A stretch of DNA of 64,000 nucleotides from Patescibacteria group bacterium (GTDB taxonomy: Bacteria > Patescibacteriota > Microgenomatia > 0-14-0-10-38-17). The position numbers were made by a program, and so were the translations under genes. The stretch is from assembly GCA_050953885.1 (NCBI GenBank), contig JBMNNJ010000001.1, forward strand, positions 9,137 to 73,136, written 5' to 3'. Below the pieces are notes generated by a model that did no database searches, was not told the origin of the DNA, and worked only from the letters and a program-made list of their open reading frames with translations. Numbering within the stretch: position 1 is the stretch's first letter; every line of letters starts with the position of its first letter. Positions 29,213 to 38,573 of the stretch are shown piece after piece.

Positions 29213-29734
29213 TCATGTCGGGGTGGTAATTTTTCTTGCCAAAGTTATTTGGTGCTTTTCGCCCCCTGAAGTATCGATTTTATCAAAAATAATTTCAAAA
29301 CCCGCTTCCTCTATAATTTTTCTGTTTTTTTCAGGTCCATAGTGGCTCCAATACATTTGGGTTTTATAAAAATCTCCTGTTCCTTCCCAGTCGCTTGTGC
29401 CCATAGTGATCAAGAGCAAGCCACCTGCCCGCAGGAAAGAGTTAATTATCTTAAAGAGTTTTTGGTGTTTTTTTCTGGGAAGATGAAAGATGGTGTAGAA
29501 AGAAACCACCGCTTCCACCTCAAATTCTTTCTCTTTTAAGCTGGCAATATCCTTTATCTTAAATGAACCGGCGGGGATATTTTTCTTTGCCAGCTTAACT
29601 TGTTCTGAAGAAATATCAATCCCGACAATTTTATGACCGTGGTTGATGAAAAATTCGTCTATTGGTTTACCGGCGCCACACCCTAGGTCTAAAATTCTGG
29701 AATTTGGTTTAAGCAAAGAGTTTAATTTTTCCAA
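29213..29734 (-). CDS. class I SAM-dependent methyltransferase
   Basis: ILDLGCGAG, GIDIS, IFHLP, GG.LL; the frame extends about 25 codons upstream without a canonical start. Confidence 0.8.
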   Translation of the reverse strand: MEKLNSLLKPNSRILDLGCGAGKPIDEFFINHGHKIVGIDISSEQVKLAKKNIPAGSFKIKDIASLKEKEFEVEAVVSFYTIFHLPRKKHQKLFKIINSFLRAGGLLLITMGTSDWEGTGDFYKTQMYWSHYGPEKNRKIIEEAGFEIIFDKIDTSGGEKHQITLARKITTPT

Positions 29735-29852
29735 ATATTTCAGATTTTCGAATTGGTTTCTATTTAAAGAATAGCGTCTTGCTATTTTGTTGTATCCCTT
29801 GCTGACTAAGCGCTTGCTTATTTTACCCCAGGGTTTCTTTTTATGCTAACAT

Positions 29853-30161
29853 ATGCTTATGAGAGTAGTGGTTGGCTCTGAAAACGCCGCTAAAATAGTG
29901 GCGATAAAGAACGCCTTTGCCGAATATCTAAAAATTTACGGAAATCTTGGCTATAGAAGAAAGTCGTCGGCCCTTATTTTTGGTAAAGACGGTGATTTCC
30001 TGATTGTTCAGCTTATTGGCTACGGCGCAAACGATTGGAATTTTCCCGGAGGAGGGGTGGAAAATGGAGAGACGGAAGAAGAGGTGATCTTGAAGGATTA
30101 TTTTTGCTTTCCTGGCCAATTAGCAATGGCAAAAAGAATCATTAAAGAATTTACTATTTAA
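29853..30161 (+). pseudogene. chimeric remnant: DUF84 N-terminus plus truncated NUDIX
   Basis: VVVGSEN..K..A.K.AF then WNFPGGGVENGETEEE, without the REL.EE.G half of the Nudix box. Confidence 0.6.
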
Positions 30162-30189
30162 AAAACTAAGAATAATTTTTAAATTTAAA

Positions 30190-30465
30190 ATGAAAGCTAG
30201 GGAAAGTAAGACCAAAAAGGTAATCATCCAAGACAGCGCTGATATTAAAAATGTGCTTTTACAGCTTGATTTTAAATCGGGCAGAGTAATGGTTTACAGT
30301 AATTTCCCCGCCTGGGATAATTTAGCCTATTTACTTGAAGGAGTGGGGATGATGGCCCAGGAGTGTTATCGGGAAGGGAGAAGCAAGGAAGAGGTTTTGG
30401 AGGAAATTGATGATTATTTGGGAAAAGTTCTTCAAGATTACGAACAGAAAGAGAGGGCTAACTAG
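30190..30465 (+). CDS. hypothetical protein
   Basis: 91-aa ORF, no recognised motif. Confidence 0.5.
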   Translation: MKARESKTKKVIIQDSADIKNVLLQLDFKSGRVMVYSNFPAWDNLAYLLEGVGMMAQECYREGRSKEEVLEEIDDYLGKVLQDYEQKERAN

Positions 30466-30594
30466 GCTGTTATAGAAAGAGGAGAAAAAAGGTTTAAAAT
30501 TAAGGGAGAGGAATTTAAAAGTTTATTTTCTAACGAAATGCTTTAGAGCGTTTCAGTGAGCCTAAAAAAGACGGAATTATTTACCACCGCAATA

Positions 30595-30861
30595 ATGAAA
30601 ATTGAGGAAAAAGTTTGGCCGGAATATTTTGAAGCGATTCTTAAGGGTGAGAAAACCTTTGAACTAAGGCTGGCGGATTTTAAATGCCAAAAGGGAGACA
30701 TTCTTGTTCTTCGTGAGTGGGATCCCAAGAAGAAAGACTATACCGGTCGTGTTATTAAGAAAAAAATTACCTATGTTTTGAGGACCAAAGATTTACCTTT
30801 TTGGGGTAAAAACGAAGTTGATAAGTTTGGGTATCAGATAATCGGCTTTAGGGAAGATTAA
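30595..30861 (+). CDS. DUF3850/ASCH-fold protein
   Basis: K.WPEYFEAIL.G.KTFELR..D....GD.L.LREW...YTGR. Confidence 0.8.
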   Translation: MKIEEKVWPEYFEAILKGEKTFELRLADFKCQKGDILVLREWDPKKKDYTGRVIKKKITYVLRTKDLPFWGKNEVDKFGYQIIGFRED

Positions 30862-30907
30862 GCCCTGGTTCTATTGAGTTTTGGGCAATTAATTTTATAA
30901 TCTAAAG

Positions 30908-31185
30908 CTAAAAGCAGGAAGAAGATCGGGAAGATCAAAACGACATTTGGCTTGACTCTGAAGTTTCTGCGTTTTTGATTGTTAATGGCCTTTGGCGGAT
31001 TGGCAAAGCTTTAATTAATCTTGCCCGGTACAAGCCCTTAAGACCTTTGAATAAACAAAATTTCTCGGCAGATGGCGGAAACGGCAAAGGCGGAGTTCAG
31101 CCTTAAGGGAGTATGGCAGACCGGCGGACAAGCCGAAGCGCAACTAAGGTAATCAGGTGCCAATGTGTCAGGATGAACCATTTTG
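30908..31185 (+). ncRNA. candidate stand-alone structured RNA
   Basis: TTGAGT-16-TATAAT promoter, no listed ORF, nested long-range complementary segments. Confidence 0.45.
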
Positions 31186-31227
31186 TTTGGAAATAAGAGG
31201 GTTTTTCAGGTACAATGAATATATTTT

Positions 31228-32526
31228 ATGACCCAGCTAACCGAATCATTATGGGGCGATGAATGTTTTTCCGCCTTGGCAGTGCAAAGGCCCTTTGGGG
31301 AAATGATTAAAGTGGTAATGAATGATACCGCCCCGCCTCTTTTTTATGTGTTAGGAGCAATTTGGGGAAGAATTTTTGGCTTTTCGGAAATTTCTTTGCG
31401 TTTTCTTTCTTTCCTTTTAATGTTTGGCGCCGCTATTTTTTCCGGTTTGATCATTTATCATCTTCAAAAAAATAAAAAGCTGGCGATTTTAGCGGGTTTG
31501 CTTTCTTTAACGGTTCCTTTTCTTGAGCCCTTTGCTTTTGAGTGGCGCATGTATGCGCTTCTAACTTTCACCATCATGGGCTCTGTTTATTTTTTTATCA
31601 AAAGAAGCTGGACCCCTTACATTATTTTTACGACCGCTGCTTTATACACTCATCACTTTGCTCTTTTTACGCTTTTTAGCCAGGGGGTGTGGTTTTTAAT
31701 TGCCGATTTTAATTGGAAAAACCCCAAAACCTATCTTTCTCAACTTAAACCTTTTTTAATGATCGGTCTTCTTTATCTGCCTTGGCTTTACCCAATGTAT
31801 CGGCAGACCAGGATGGTTCAAGGGGGAGGTTTTTGGTTAAAAGCTCCCACATTTGAAGAATTGGGCCGCTTGTTATATAAATTTTTTACCGGTGGAGTAG
31901 AAAAAAAGTTTAGCCTACCGGTTGCGGTGATTGTTGTTTTTCTGCTAATTTTTAAAGATTGGAAAAAAGTTGGCAAGAGCTTTTGCGAATTATTATTTAT
32001 CTTTTTAGGTCCGGTTTTTCTCTCTTTTGTCGTTTCCTACCTCGTTACCCCAATTTTTTACGATCGTTATTTGTTAGCAACTACTATGGGAATTGCCGTC
32101 CTTATTGGCTTGGGGGTTAAGAAGCATTTTCAAGTTTTACTTTTACCTTTAGTAATTCTTTACGGGGTTATTAGTTTTAACCAATTTACCCATCCTCAAA
32201 AGCCGCCTTTCAGGGATTTGGCTAAAGTGGTTAAGGCGCAAATGTCGTCAGAAGACGCTCTTATTAACTACAACGGCAAAGCTCATCATCTTTGGGAAAG
32301 TAAATATTATGGGATTCCTGCCCCAATTTATAACCCAGACGGTCCATTGCCTTTTTACGTTGGCACGGCCCAAATGACTGATGAGGATACGATTAAGGTT
32401 TTACCGGAGGGTAAAAGAATTGGGGTGATTAGCGATTTTGGCGAGGAGATAAATTTGCCAAATTACCGCAAAGCAACTTCGGAAAAATTTGGCAGTTTAG
32501 AGTTTTCTTGGTGGGAGAAAAACTAG
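31228..32526 (+). CDS. GT-C (ArnT/PMT-like, GT39) membrane glycosyltransferase
   Basis: SLWGDE, PPLFY, SE...R..S, E.RMYAL, multiple TM segments. Confidence 0.8.
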   Translation: MTQLTESLWGDECFSALAVQRPFGEMIKVVMNDTAPPLFYVLGAIWGRIFGFSEISLRFLSFLLMFGAAIFSGLIIYHLQKNKKLAILAGLLSLTVPFLEPFAFEWRMYALLTFTIMGSVYFFIKRSWTPYIIFTTAALYTHHFALFTLFSQGVWFLIADFNWKNPKTYLSQLKPFLMIGLLYLPWLYPMYRQTRMVQGGGFWLKAPTFEELGRLLYKFFTGGVEKKFSLPVAVIVVFLLIFKDWKKVGKSFCELLFIFLGPVFLSFVVSYLVTPIFYDRYLLATTMGIAVLIGLGVKKHFQVLLLPLVILYGVISFNQFTHPQKPPFRDLAKVVKAQMSSEDALINYNGKAHHLWESKYYGIPAPIYNPDGPLPFYVGTAQMTDEDTIKVLPEGKRIGVISDFGEEINLPNYRKATSEKFGSLEFSWWEKN

Positions 32527-32547
32527 AAAATGGTGAGGGCCTTTCAG

Positions 32548-33204
32548 CTATTGGGAATTTTTATTTTTAAAAATTATTTTTTCTCCCTTACCGACGATTT
32601 CCCACTTTTCTCCAATTATTTTAACTGCCTGGAAATCGTTAATGGCCACGATCGGATAGTTAACTGTTTTTGATTTTTTCTCCAAGAGCAGTTTATCGGC
32701 GTTGGTATAGTGAGGAGAAACGGCAAACGGGACAAGTTTTAGCCCTTCCAAATTTCTTAAGCGGGAGACATTTTTATCCCAATCGTTTTTCCAGCCGGCA
32801 ATGGCAATGCTGGGGCCGGCAAGAATGCTGCCGGCGCTTATTCCTAAATAAATTTTCCCTTGATCAAGGAGCTCTCCCAAATATTTATCTAAACCACATT
32901 TTCTTACCCAATATAAGAGAAAAAAGGTATTGCCGCCACCAATATTAATAATGTCAGTCTTTTTTAGTTTGTTTTTAATTGTTCTCGGATTTTCCCGCTT
33001 TAAATCAACGATTTCTATTTGAAAGCCAAAATTTTCCAGGCTTTCTTTTGCTTCTTTAAGATGAATGGGGTTAATTTTTGGGTAGCCGGCGGTGGGGATG
33101 ATGGCTGCTTTTAAACCGGAAGGATTTTTATCCAAAAGTTTGCCGAAATATGATGATATTTCTGGCTTTAGACCGGTAGAGGTTAAAAAAAGTTTCCTGT
33201 CCAT
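32548..33204 (-). CDS. peptidase E (S51 family)
   Basis: IPTA, GGGNTF.L, GISAGS, PHY. Confidence 0.85.
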   Translation of the reverse strand: MDRKLFLTSTGLKPEISSYFGKLLDKNPSGLKAAIIPTAGYPKINPIHLKEAKESLENFGFQIEIVDLKRENPRTIKNKLKKTDIINIGGGNTFFLLYWVRKCGLDKYLGELLDQGKIYLGISAGSILAGPSIAIAGWKNDWDKNVSRLRNLEGLKLVPFAVSPHYTNADKLLLEKKSKTVNYPIVAINDFQAVKIIGEKWEIVGKGEKIIFKNKNSQ

Positions 33205-33329
33205 TTTTTGCTTTTGTTATCTTTTTGGGTAACTTAGCTTAATTATTATACAATGATTCCTATGGTGCCAATCCTTTTATGATGTTATAATTTTTGCTAT
33301 GGATGAGCATATTTTAAATGTCCAGTTGC

Positions 33330-33389
33330 GGCGATTCCTTTTCTCTAAACCTCTTTTCCTCGTCGCCTCCGCCTTTTGTTTTTAGCAGA
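33330..33389. repeat. left arm of imperfect inverted repeat flanking 33441-34565
   Basis: reverse complement aligns with 34626-34691. Confidence 0.7.
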
Positions 33390-33440
33390 TCCGCCGCTGA
33401 AAAGCGGCGGGTTAAAAAATAAAAAAATATATAAAAATTT

Positions 33441-34565
33441 TTATTCAAAACAAATATCTGGTTTATTTTCCATACGAATATATTGTTTGCTACCTCGTCT
33501 AACTTTATCAATATATAAATTACAATTTTCGTAAGTGCGATCTTCTTCTATACACTCACAAATTAATTTATCGTTGGTTTTATATGCAATTCGTTCAAAA
33601 CAAATATCTTTACTTGCTAATTTTGGGCGATATTTAGTTTCTGAAATATTTTGACAAATCGAGGGTTGACCCTTGTTATATGCAACGTGTGTGAAACAAA
33701 AATCTTTTGAATCTTTATCACTTATTTCATTACAATAAGATTGGTTTTGAGATGTAATTGCAATTTTTTTAATACACCAATCCGTCATATCCCGATCTTC
33801 TAAAGCCTTACACTGATTTATATCAGATTTGCCCATGGCAAAACATGCTGCCTTTAATAATGAATCTGAAATCTCTTGGCAAAATTTTTCATCTTGGCTA
33901 GACAAAGCTTTATTCGCAAGATCTATTTGTTTTGAATAAGAGCCGACCTGACTTGCTTTATTATTTTCCTCCCAAACTGGTCTTAACAGTAAAACCCCTG
34001 AAAGCAAGATATTAACAAGAAATGGCGAAATGACAGCGGCAATTATAACAAATAAAACCTTCTTCTTGTCGTATTTTTTTAGTTTCTTTAAAACCAGAAG
34101 TCCAATTAAGAAAATTATCACTAAAAAAATGAAAAGAGGTATTAAAGAAGTCCTATATTCTTCGTGGACGGTTCTTCCTTTAACTATGATATTTTTATCT
34201 CCCAATTTTCCGTTTAAAGTCCAGTTAATTTGTTCAACTTCTTCACCATTAACTGGTTCTCCGTGCCAAGGCCAAGAAACTTTTTTGTAAAAATAGGTTG
34301 TGTTGTGGTCTAATTCATAGCCGTCATCATTAAGTATTTTTTCTCCTTCTAAATAAAAAATTTGGGGGCATTCATTAGTAATTTCTAACGAACCACCACA
34401 AGCACCATATGTCTTGATTTTTAAACAATCAATATTATTTGGTTCTATAGAATCTATATAAGAAAAATATGGTGGGCAATATGCAAAAACTAAATTGGAA
34501 TTTCCCAGAAGAAATGTTACAAAAACTAGACTAAAAATTGGCAAAATTTTTTTGAGTGTCATCAT
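33441..34565 (-). CDS. AT-rich membrane protein with Cys-repeat C-terminal domain
   Basis: signal peptide, two TM segments, repeated C..I......D.C units. Confidence 0.65.
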   Translation of the reverse strand: MMTLKKILPIFSLVFVTFLLGNSNLVFAYCPPYFSYIDSIEPNNIDCLKIKTYGACGGSLEITNECPQIFYLEGEKILNDDGYELDHNTTYFYKKVSWPWHGEPVNGEEVEQINWTLNGKLGDKNIIVKGRTVHEEYRTSLIPLFIFLVIIFLIGLLVLKKLKKYDKKKVLFVIIAAVISPFLVNILLSGVLLLRPVWEENNKASQVGSYSKQIDLANKALSSQDEKFCQEISDSLLKAACFAMGKSDINQCKALEDRDMTDWCIKKIAITSQNQSYCNEISDKDSKDFCFTHVAYNKGQPSICQNISETKYRPKLASKDICFERIAYKTNDKLICECIEEDRTYENCNLYIDKVRRGSKQYIRMENKPDICFE

Positions 34566-34625
34566 ATTAATATAAAATTAAAAGTTTATTAATTATGTTA
34601 TATCAAATTAAAAAGCTTTTTCAAC

Positions 34626-34691
34626 TCTGCTAAAAACAGAAAGCGGAGGTGGAGGCGGTGAGGAAAAGGGGTTTAGAAAAAAAGAATCGTC
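34626..34691. repeat. right arm of imperfect inverted repeat
   Basis: TCTGCTAAAAACA...GAGGAAAAG.GGTTTAGA.AAA.GAATCG. Confidence 0.7.
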
Positions 34692-34714
34692 GTAGCCGCC
34701 GACGCCGTTATATT

Positions 34715-34960
34715 CTCCTTAAATATGAGACAGTCTTCTCTTTTCAAGCTCATCATATTAAGTGATAAAGAGGCTCTCTTAGCATGATAATAATTAATCT
34801 CTTACTTCTTTTTTCTACCATTGGCAAGTCTTTAGTCCTGTATTTAACCCATCCGGACACACTCTTTTCCTAAAACCGATTAAGGCTTTCAATATAACTT
34901 TCCTCATTTTTCCGGTATGGCCTGGCCACTCGGTGTCTTTTGGTAAATTCTAAAACAAAG
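34715..34960 (-). pseudogene. degraded 3' remnant of an rve-type transposase
   Basis: translates as HRVARPYRKNEESYIESLNR / KEC / GWVKY / YHAKRASLSLNM, with frameshifts and stops. Confidence 0.6.
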
Positions 34961-34972
34961 CTATAGTGGTGC

Positions 34973-35066
34973 TTTCCCGAGGTTTGAAGCTATTTAACTC
35001 CGGGGGTTGATTAGCTTCAAACCTCGGGAAAAACATATCTTGGTCTTATATGGTGTTAAAATTAAG
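34973..35066 (+). repeat. REPIN-like palindrome plus attached promoter
   Basis: near copy of the 9259 element followed by TCTTGG.C.TATATGGTGTTAAAATT, also present at 27859-27940. Confidence 0.75.
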
Positions 35067-35101
35067 TTAAGTGATGGGATACAAATATAATATGGGACAA
35101 A

Positions 35102-36664
35102 ATGAGCCACGATAAAATTCTTTACGAGCGGCTGCGGGAAAAAAGAAATGAAATCGCCCAAAAAGAGGGAGTGAAGCCCTATATGGTTTTTCAAAATGAG
35201 GTTTTGGCGCAAATTTCCGAAAAAAAACCGGCGACGCGGGAGGAGTTGGCGCAGGTTAAGGGCATGGGGCCGAAAAAAATGGCCCGTTATGGTCAGCTGG
35301 TTTTGGAAATGGTCAACCGCCAGGGTGACGAGGAGGAGGAGAAAGAGGCGGCGGGGGAAAAAATCTATACCGTAGCTGAGTTTTTGGATCAAGTTAACCA
35401 GCTCTTGTCTCCCCAAAGGGCGCTAATACAGGGCGAGATTGGTCAAGTAAAGATAATGGATAGCTATGCCTTTTTTACGCTGGCGGACAAGAATGAAGAG
35501 GCGGTGCTAAATTGTTTTGTTTGGAAAAATAAACTTGAGAGCTTTGGGGTGGAGCTTAAGGAGGGGCTGGAGTTAAGAGTGGAGGGGTTTGCTCAAGTCT
35601 TTAAAAGAAACGGTCGTTTTAACTTTGAGGTAGAGAGAATAGGATTGGTAGGCGAAGGGGCGCTAAAGCAGGCTTTTGAAAATTTAAAGAAAAAACTGGC
35701 CGAGGCGGGTTTTTTCCTGCCTCAACGGAAAAAGCCGCTGCCGGCTTATGTTGAAAAAATTGGGTTAATCACCTCTTCTTATGGGGACGCCAAAAACGAT
35801 TTTCTCACTCATTTGGGGAAATTTGGCTTTAAGGTTTATTTTTATAATGTCCGCGTTGAAGGGCTTTATGCCGTTGAGGAGATAACGGAGGCTATTCGCT
35901 ACTTTAACGAGAACGAAACCGGCGTTGATGTTTTGGTGTTAACGCGGGGAGGGGGAAGCCTGGAAAGCCTTCAGCCTTTTAACTCCGAAGAGTTGGCTAA
36001 GGCGATTTTTGCTTCCAAAATTCCCATTATTACCGCTATTGGCCATGAGAACAACCGGACCATTGCTGATTTGGTGGCCGATCTTTATGCTTCCACCCCC
36101 ACCGCCGCGGCAAGAATTCTTTCCGACCCCTGGCGGCAGGCAGGGCCTCTTTTAACTTCTTTTGAAGACAATATGACCGCGATTATTCGGCAAAAATGCT
36201 CTGCCATTGGCGAAAAACTCTCTTTTGAGGAGGAAAGTTTTTCTTTGCTATTTAAAAAAGCCATTGATTCTCAAAAAAGTCAGTTGGAAAATCGGCAAAA
36301 AGAGTTATTTTTTTCCTTTGAGCGAATTATTAATAAATTTAAGACATTGGAGAGAAGTTTTAGCGCTTCTTGGGGGAAATTGGAAAGCCAAGTTTTTTTC
36401 TTAAGGCAGAAAATAGCCCTTCAGGAAGCCGGGATTTTTCAAGAATCAGGCCGCTGGCTTGGCAATCTTAGAGAGCGTTTGGAAAATGTTAATAGCAGAC
36501 TATCGCTTAGCGATCCTAAGGCGCGGTTAAAGCAGGGTTATAGTATAATATTGGATAAGGAAAGAAAAATAGTTAAAAGCAGCCGACAAGTAGAAATAGG
36601 CGATGAGCTTTGGCTTAAGTTTTATGAGGGTGAAGCCACCGGCCGGATAGAAAAGAAAAAATGA
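35102..36664 (+). CDS. xseA: exodeoxyribonuclease VII large subunit with N-terminal HRDC domain
   Basis: HRDC (LYERLR..R..IA......PYMVF...L..I...KP) then OB fold, RGGGS.E.L..FN, IGHE, TPTAAA. Confidence 0.9.
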   Translation: MSHDKILYERLREKRNEIAQKEGVKPYMVFQNEVLAQISEKKPATREELAQVKGMGPKKMARYGQLVLEMVNRQGDEEEEKEAAGEKIYTVAEFLDQVNQLLSPQRALIQGEIGQVKIMDSYAFFTLADKNEEAVLNCFVWKNKLESFGVELKEGLELRVEGFAQVFKRNGRFNFEVERIGLVGEGALKQAFENLKKKLAEAGFFLPQRKKPLPAYVEKIGLITSSYGDAKNDFLTHLGKFGFKVYFYNVRVEGLYAVEEITEAIRYFNENETGVDVLVLTRGGGSLESLQPFNSEELAKAIFASKIPIITAIGHENNRTIADLVADLYASTPTAAARILSDPWRQAGPLLTSFEDNMTAIIRQKCSAIGEKLSFEEESFSLLFKKAIDSQKSQLENRQKELFFSFERIINKFKTLERSFSASWGKLESQVFFLRQKIALQEAGIFQESGRWLGNLRERLENVNSRLSLSDPKARLKQGYSIILDKERKIVKSSRQVEIGDELWLKFYEGEATGRIEKKK

Positions 36665-36906
36665 TGAATAATAACGATAACCACCAAAAAGAAGAAGCCT
36701 TTGACTTTGCCAAGGCAATGGCAGAGCTTGAAGAAATTAATCGCTGGTTTCAAAGCCAGGAAATTGATTTAGATGAGGGCTTAGCCAAGTTTCGCCGGGG
36801 TTTGGCGCTTATTAAAAAAAGCCGCCAAAAACTGGCGGAGGTGGAAAACGAATTTGAGGAGATTAAGAAAGAATTTGGCGGAGAATCAAGCTTAGATGAT
36901 AAATAA
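36661..36906 (+). CDS. xseB: exodeoxyribonuclease VII small subunit
   Basis: F..AM.ELE.I......IDLDE.L..F..G..L. Confidence 0.88.
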   Translation: MMNNNDNHQKEEAFDFAKAMAELEEINRWFQSQEIDLDEGLAKFRRGLALIKKSRQKLAEVENEFEEIKKEFGGESSLDDK

Positions 36907-37172
36907 TGGGAGAAAGAATTTTTTCCGACGAGAACAGAATTTTTTTCTGCCAATGGTTTTTCCCGGCTCCTCTTAAAAATGAGAAAGGGAAAATGTTACC
37001 AGCTCCCAAAGAGGCAGTTTTAAAAAAAGAGGAACTGAAAAAAAATTGGCTGGGAGAAAAGGTTTTCTCGCAGGGAGTTCCCTGTGTTTCTCTTTCGCCG
37101 GCAATTATTAACGGCCAAACGGGTTATCAAGTCCGGGCGGAAATATTTATTAGCGGGGAAGAGAAAAATTGA
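36906..37172 (+). CDS. hypothetical protein
   Basis: start overlaps the xseB stop. Confidence 0.45.
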   Translation: MGERIFSDENRIFFCQWFFPAPLKNEKGKMLPAPKEAVLKKEELKKNWLGEKVFSQGVPCVSLSPAIINGQTGYQVRAEIFISGEEKN

Positions 37173-37197
37173 CCGATAATCAAATTATTAAGTATTT

Positions 37198-37437
37198 ATG
37201 TTTAAGGAATCAAGACCAGAGAGTCCCGAACTTGACAAGTTGCAAATGGCCGATTTACGGGATTTTTTTTCGAAGCGATCTTGGGAAGAGATAGAAAAAG
37301 ATTTTCAGCAATTAACTAACGATTGTGGAACTGACAAGGGGCCTTACAGTGCGGGGGGAATACCGGCTAATGCGGCTAAAGCCTATATTTTAATTCAGGA
37401 TATTCTTGCCGAAAGGGAAAATAAGGGCATGGTTTAG
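37198..37437 (+). CDS. hypothetical protein
   Basis: 79-aa ORF in a co-oriented run. Confidence 0.45.
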   Translation: MFKESRPESPELDKLQMADLRDFFSKRSWEEIEKDFQQLTNDCGTDKGPYSAGGIPANAAKAYILIQDILAERENKGMV

Positions 37438-37476
37438 AAAAAGTTTAATCACATAATAACCGGTAATTTGTAAAAA

Positions 37477-37689
37477 ATGAATAACAGCGAAGAGGAAAGA
37501 AATATTAATCTTGCTCAAAAATTAACTCAAGCATGGCAAGAAATGATCGAATCCGGTCAGCTTTCTATTTATATGGCCATGAGCCACGAGGAGGTAAAGA
37601 AATTACAGGAAACCGATGAAGAAGAAATAGGCAAAAACGAGCACATTGTTGCTTATCTTCGCGCTGTTAGGAAAATGTGCCAAAAGTGA
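37477..37689 (+). CDS. hypothetical protein
   Basis: 70-aa ORF in a co-oriented run. Confidence 0.45.
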   Translation: MNNSEEERNINLAQKLTQAWQEMIESGQLSIYMAMSHEEVKKLQETDEEEIGKNEHIVAYLRAVRKMCQK

Positions 37690-37690
37690 T

Positions 37691-38569
37691 TTAACCCTCG
37701 CAATTGGCTTCACATTGATAAGTGCGCGTCCAATCTCCATTAAGATCCACTTGCCACCGGCAGCCACAGGGCGCTTCAAGCTCATAGCCAAAACCCAACT
37801 TTGTTTGGCCAAGAGTATTGAGAGGAAAAGTTGTTTTTCGAAGCGCGTTTTTAATCATCTCGTCATTGGTAACCCAATAGCCATCTTTTTCATATTGACT
37901 TCTATTCCTTTTCAATAAGTCCTGAATCTGGCCTCTTCGCCAATAAGGGCCTTCTTCGAGAAGATTAACCGGTTTTCTTGGTTGCCACTCCTTAGGCATC
38001 CGTGCTCGCCAAACTAAAAAATTATTGATCTTATCGGTTTTCTTAGAAGAAGGCCGAGTTAAAATTTTTGCTTCCGCTAAACCTAAATCTTGTAAGATCC
38101 TCTTTCTTTTTTGGCTTTCCTTGGCTAATTCTTCGCGATTAAGACTTTCTTTGCGGGGAAAATTTTCAAAAATAAAAACCGGTGTATTTTCGGTTAGAAA
38201 GAGGTTCGCTGTTTCTAAGGTTTCTTTTTCTTGTTTTCCCCAAGAAGAACAAATCAACAGCGCCCCGCTTGTGCTTTCTGGTAGGGGGTCGTGTAAGGAA
38301 AATTGCGTTTCTTTCTGCCAGTTTTGGGGGTTAAAGGCAAAAGCGGTATTTTTTTGAAAATCCAAAAGAAGAGCGGGGATAGCGTTTTTTTGGCTTTTTT
38401 GAAGGCAGTTTTTCCACAAACGCTGGCTCTTCAAATAACAAGCTAAATCGGGATAATCTTCTTCTAAATTGCGGGGAATTTCAAATTGACCTTTTTGATC
38501 AATAAAATGAAACTGCTCTGGGGAAGAAAATTCGGAACGATTTTGCGGTAAACCTTTTTCTTTATTCAT
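37691..38569 (-). CDS. hypothetical protein, C-terminal Cys cluster
   Basis: 292-aa ORF ending PCGC...C...C. Confidence 0.55.
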   Translation of the reverse strand: MNKEKGLPQNRSEFSSPEQFHFIDQKGQFEIPRNLEEDYPDLACYLKSQRLWKNCLQKSQKNAIPALLLDFQKNTAFAFNPQNWQKETQFSLHDPLPESTSGALLICSSWGKQEKETLETANLFLTENTPVFIFENFPRKESLNREELAKESQKRKRILQDLGLAEAKILTRPSSKKTDKINNFLVWRARMPKEWQPRKPVNLLEEGPYWRRGQIQDLLKRNRSQYEKDGYWVTNDEMIKNALRKTTFPLNTLGQTKLGFGYELEAPCGCRWQVDLNGDWTRTYQCEANCEG

Positions 38570-38573
38570 TTTT

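Noticed and set aside
30908-31185. RNase P RNA, tmRNA or SRP RNA
   Set aside because: No GAGGAAAGTCC, no tRNA-like ends, no SRP domain IV motif
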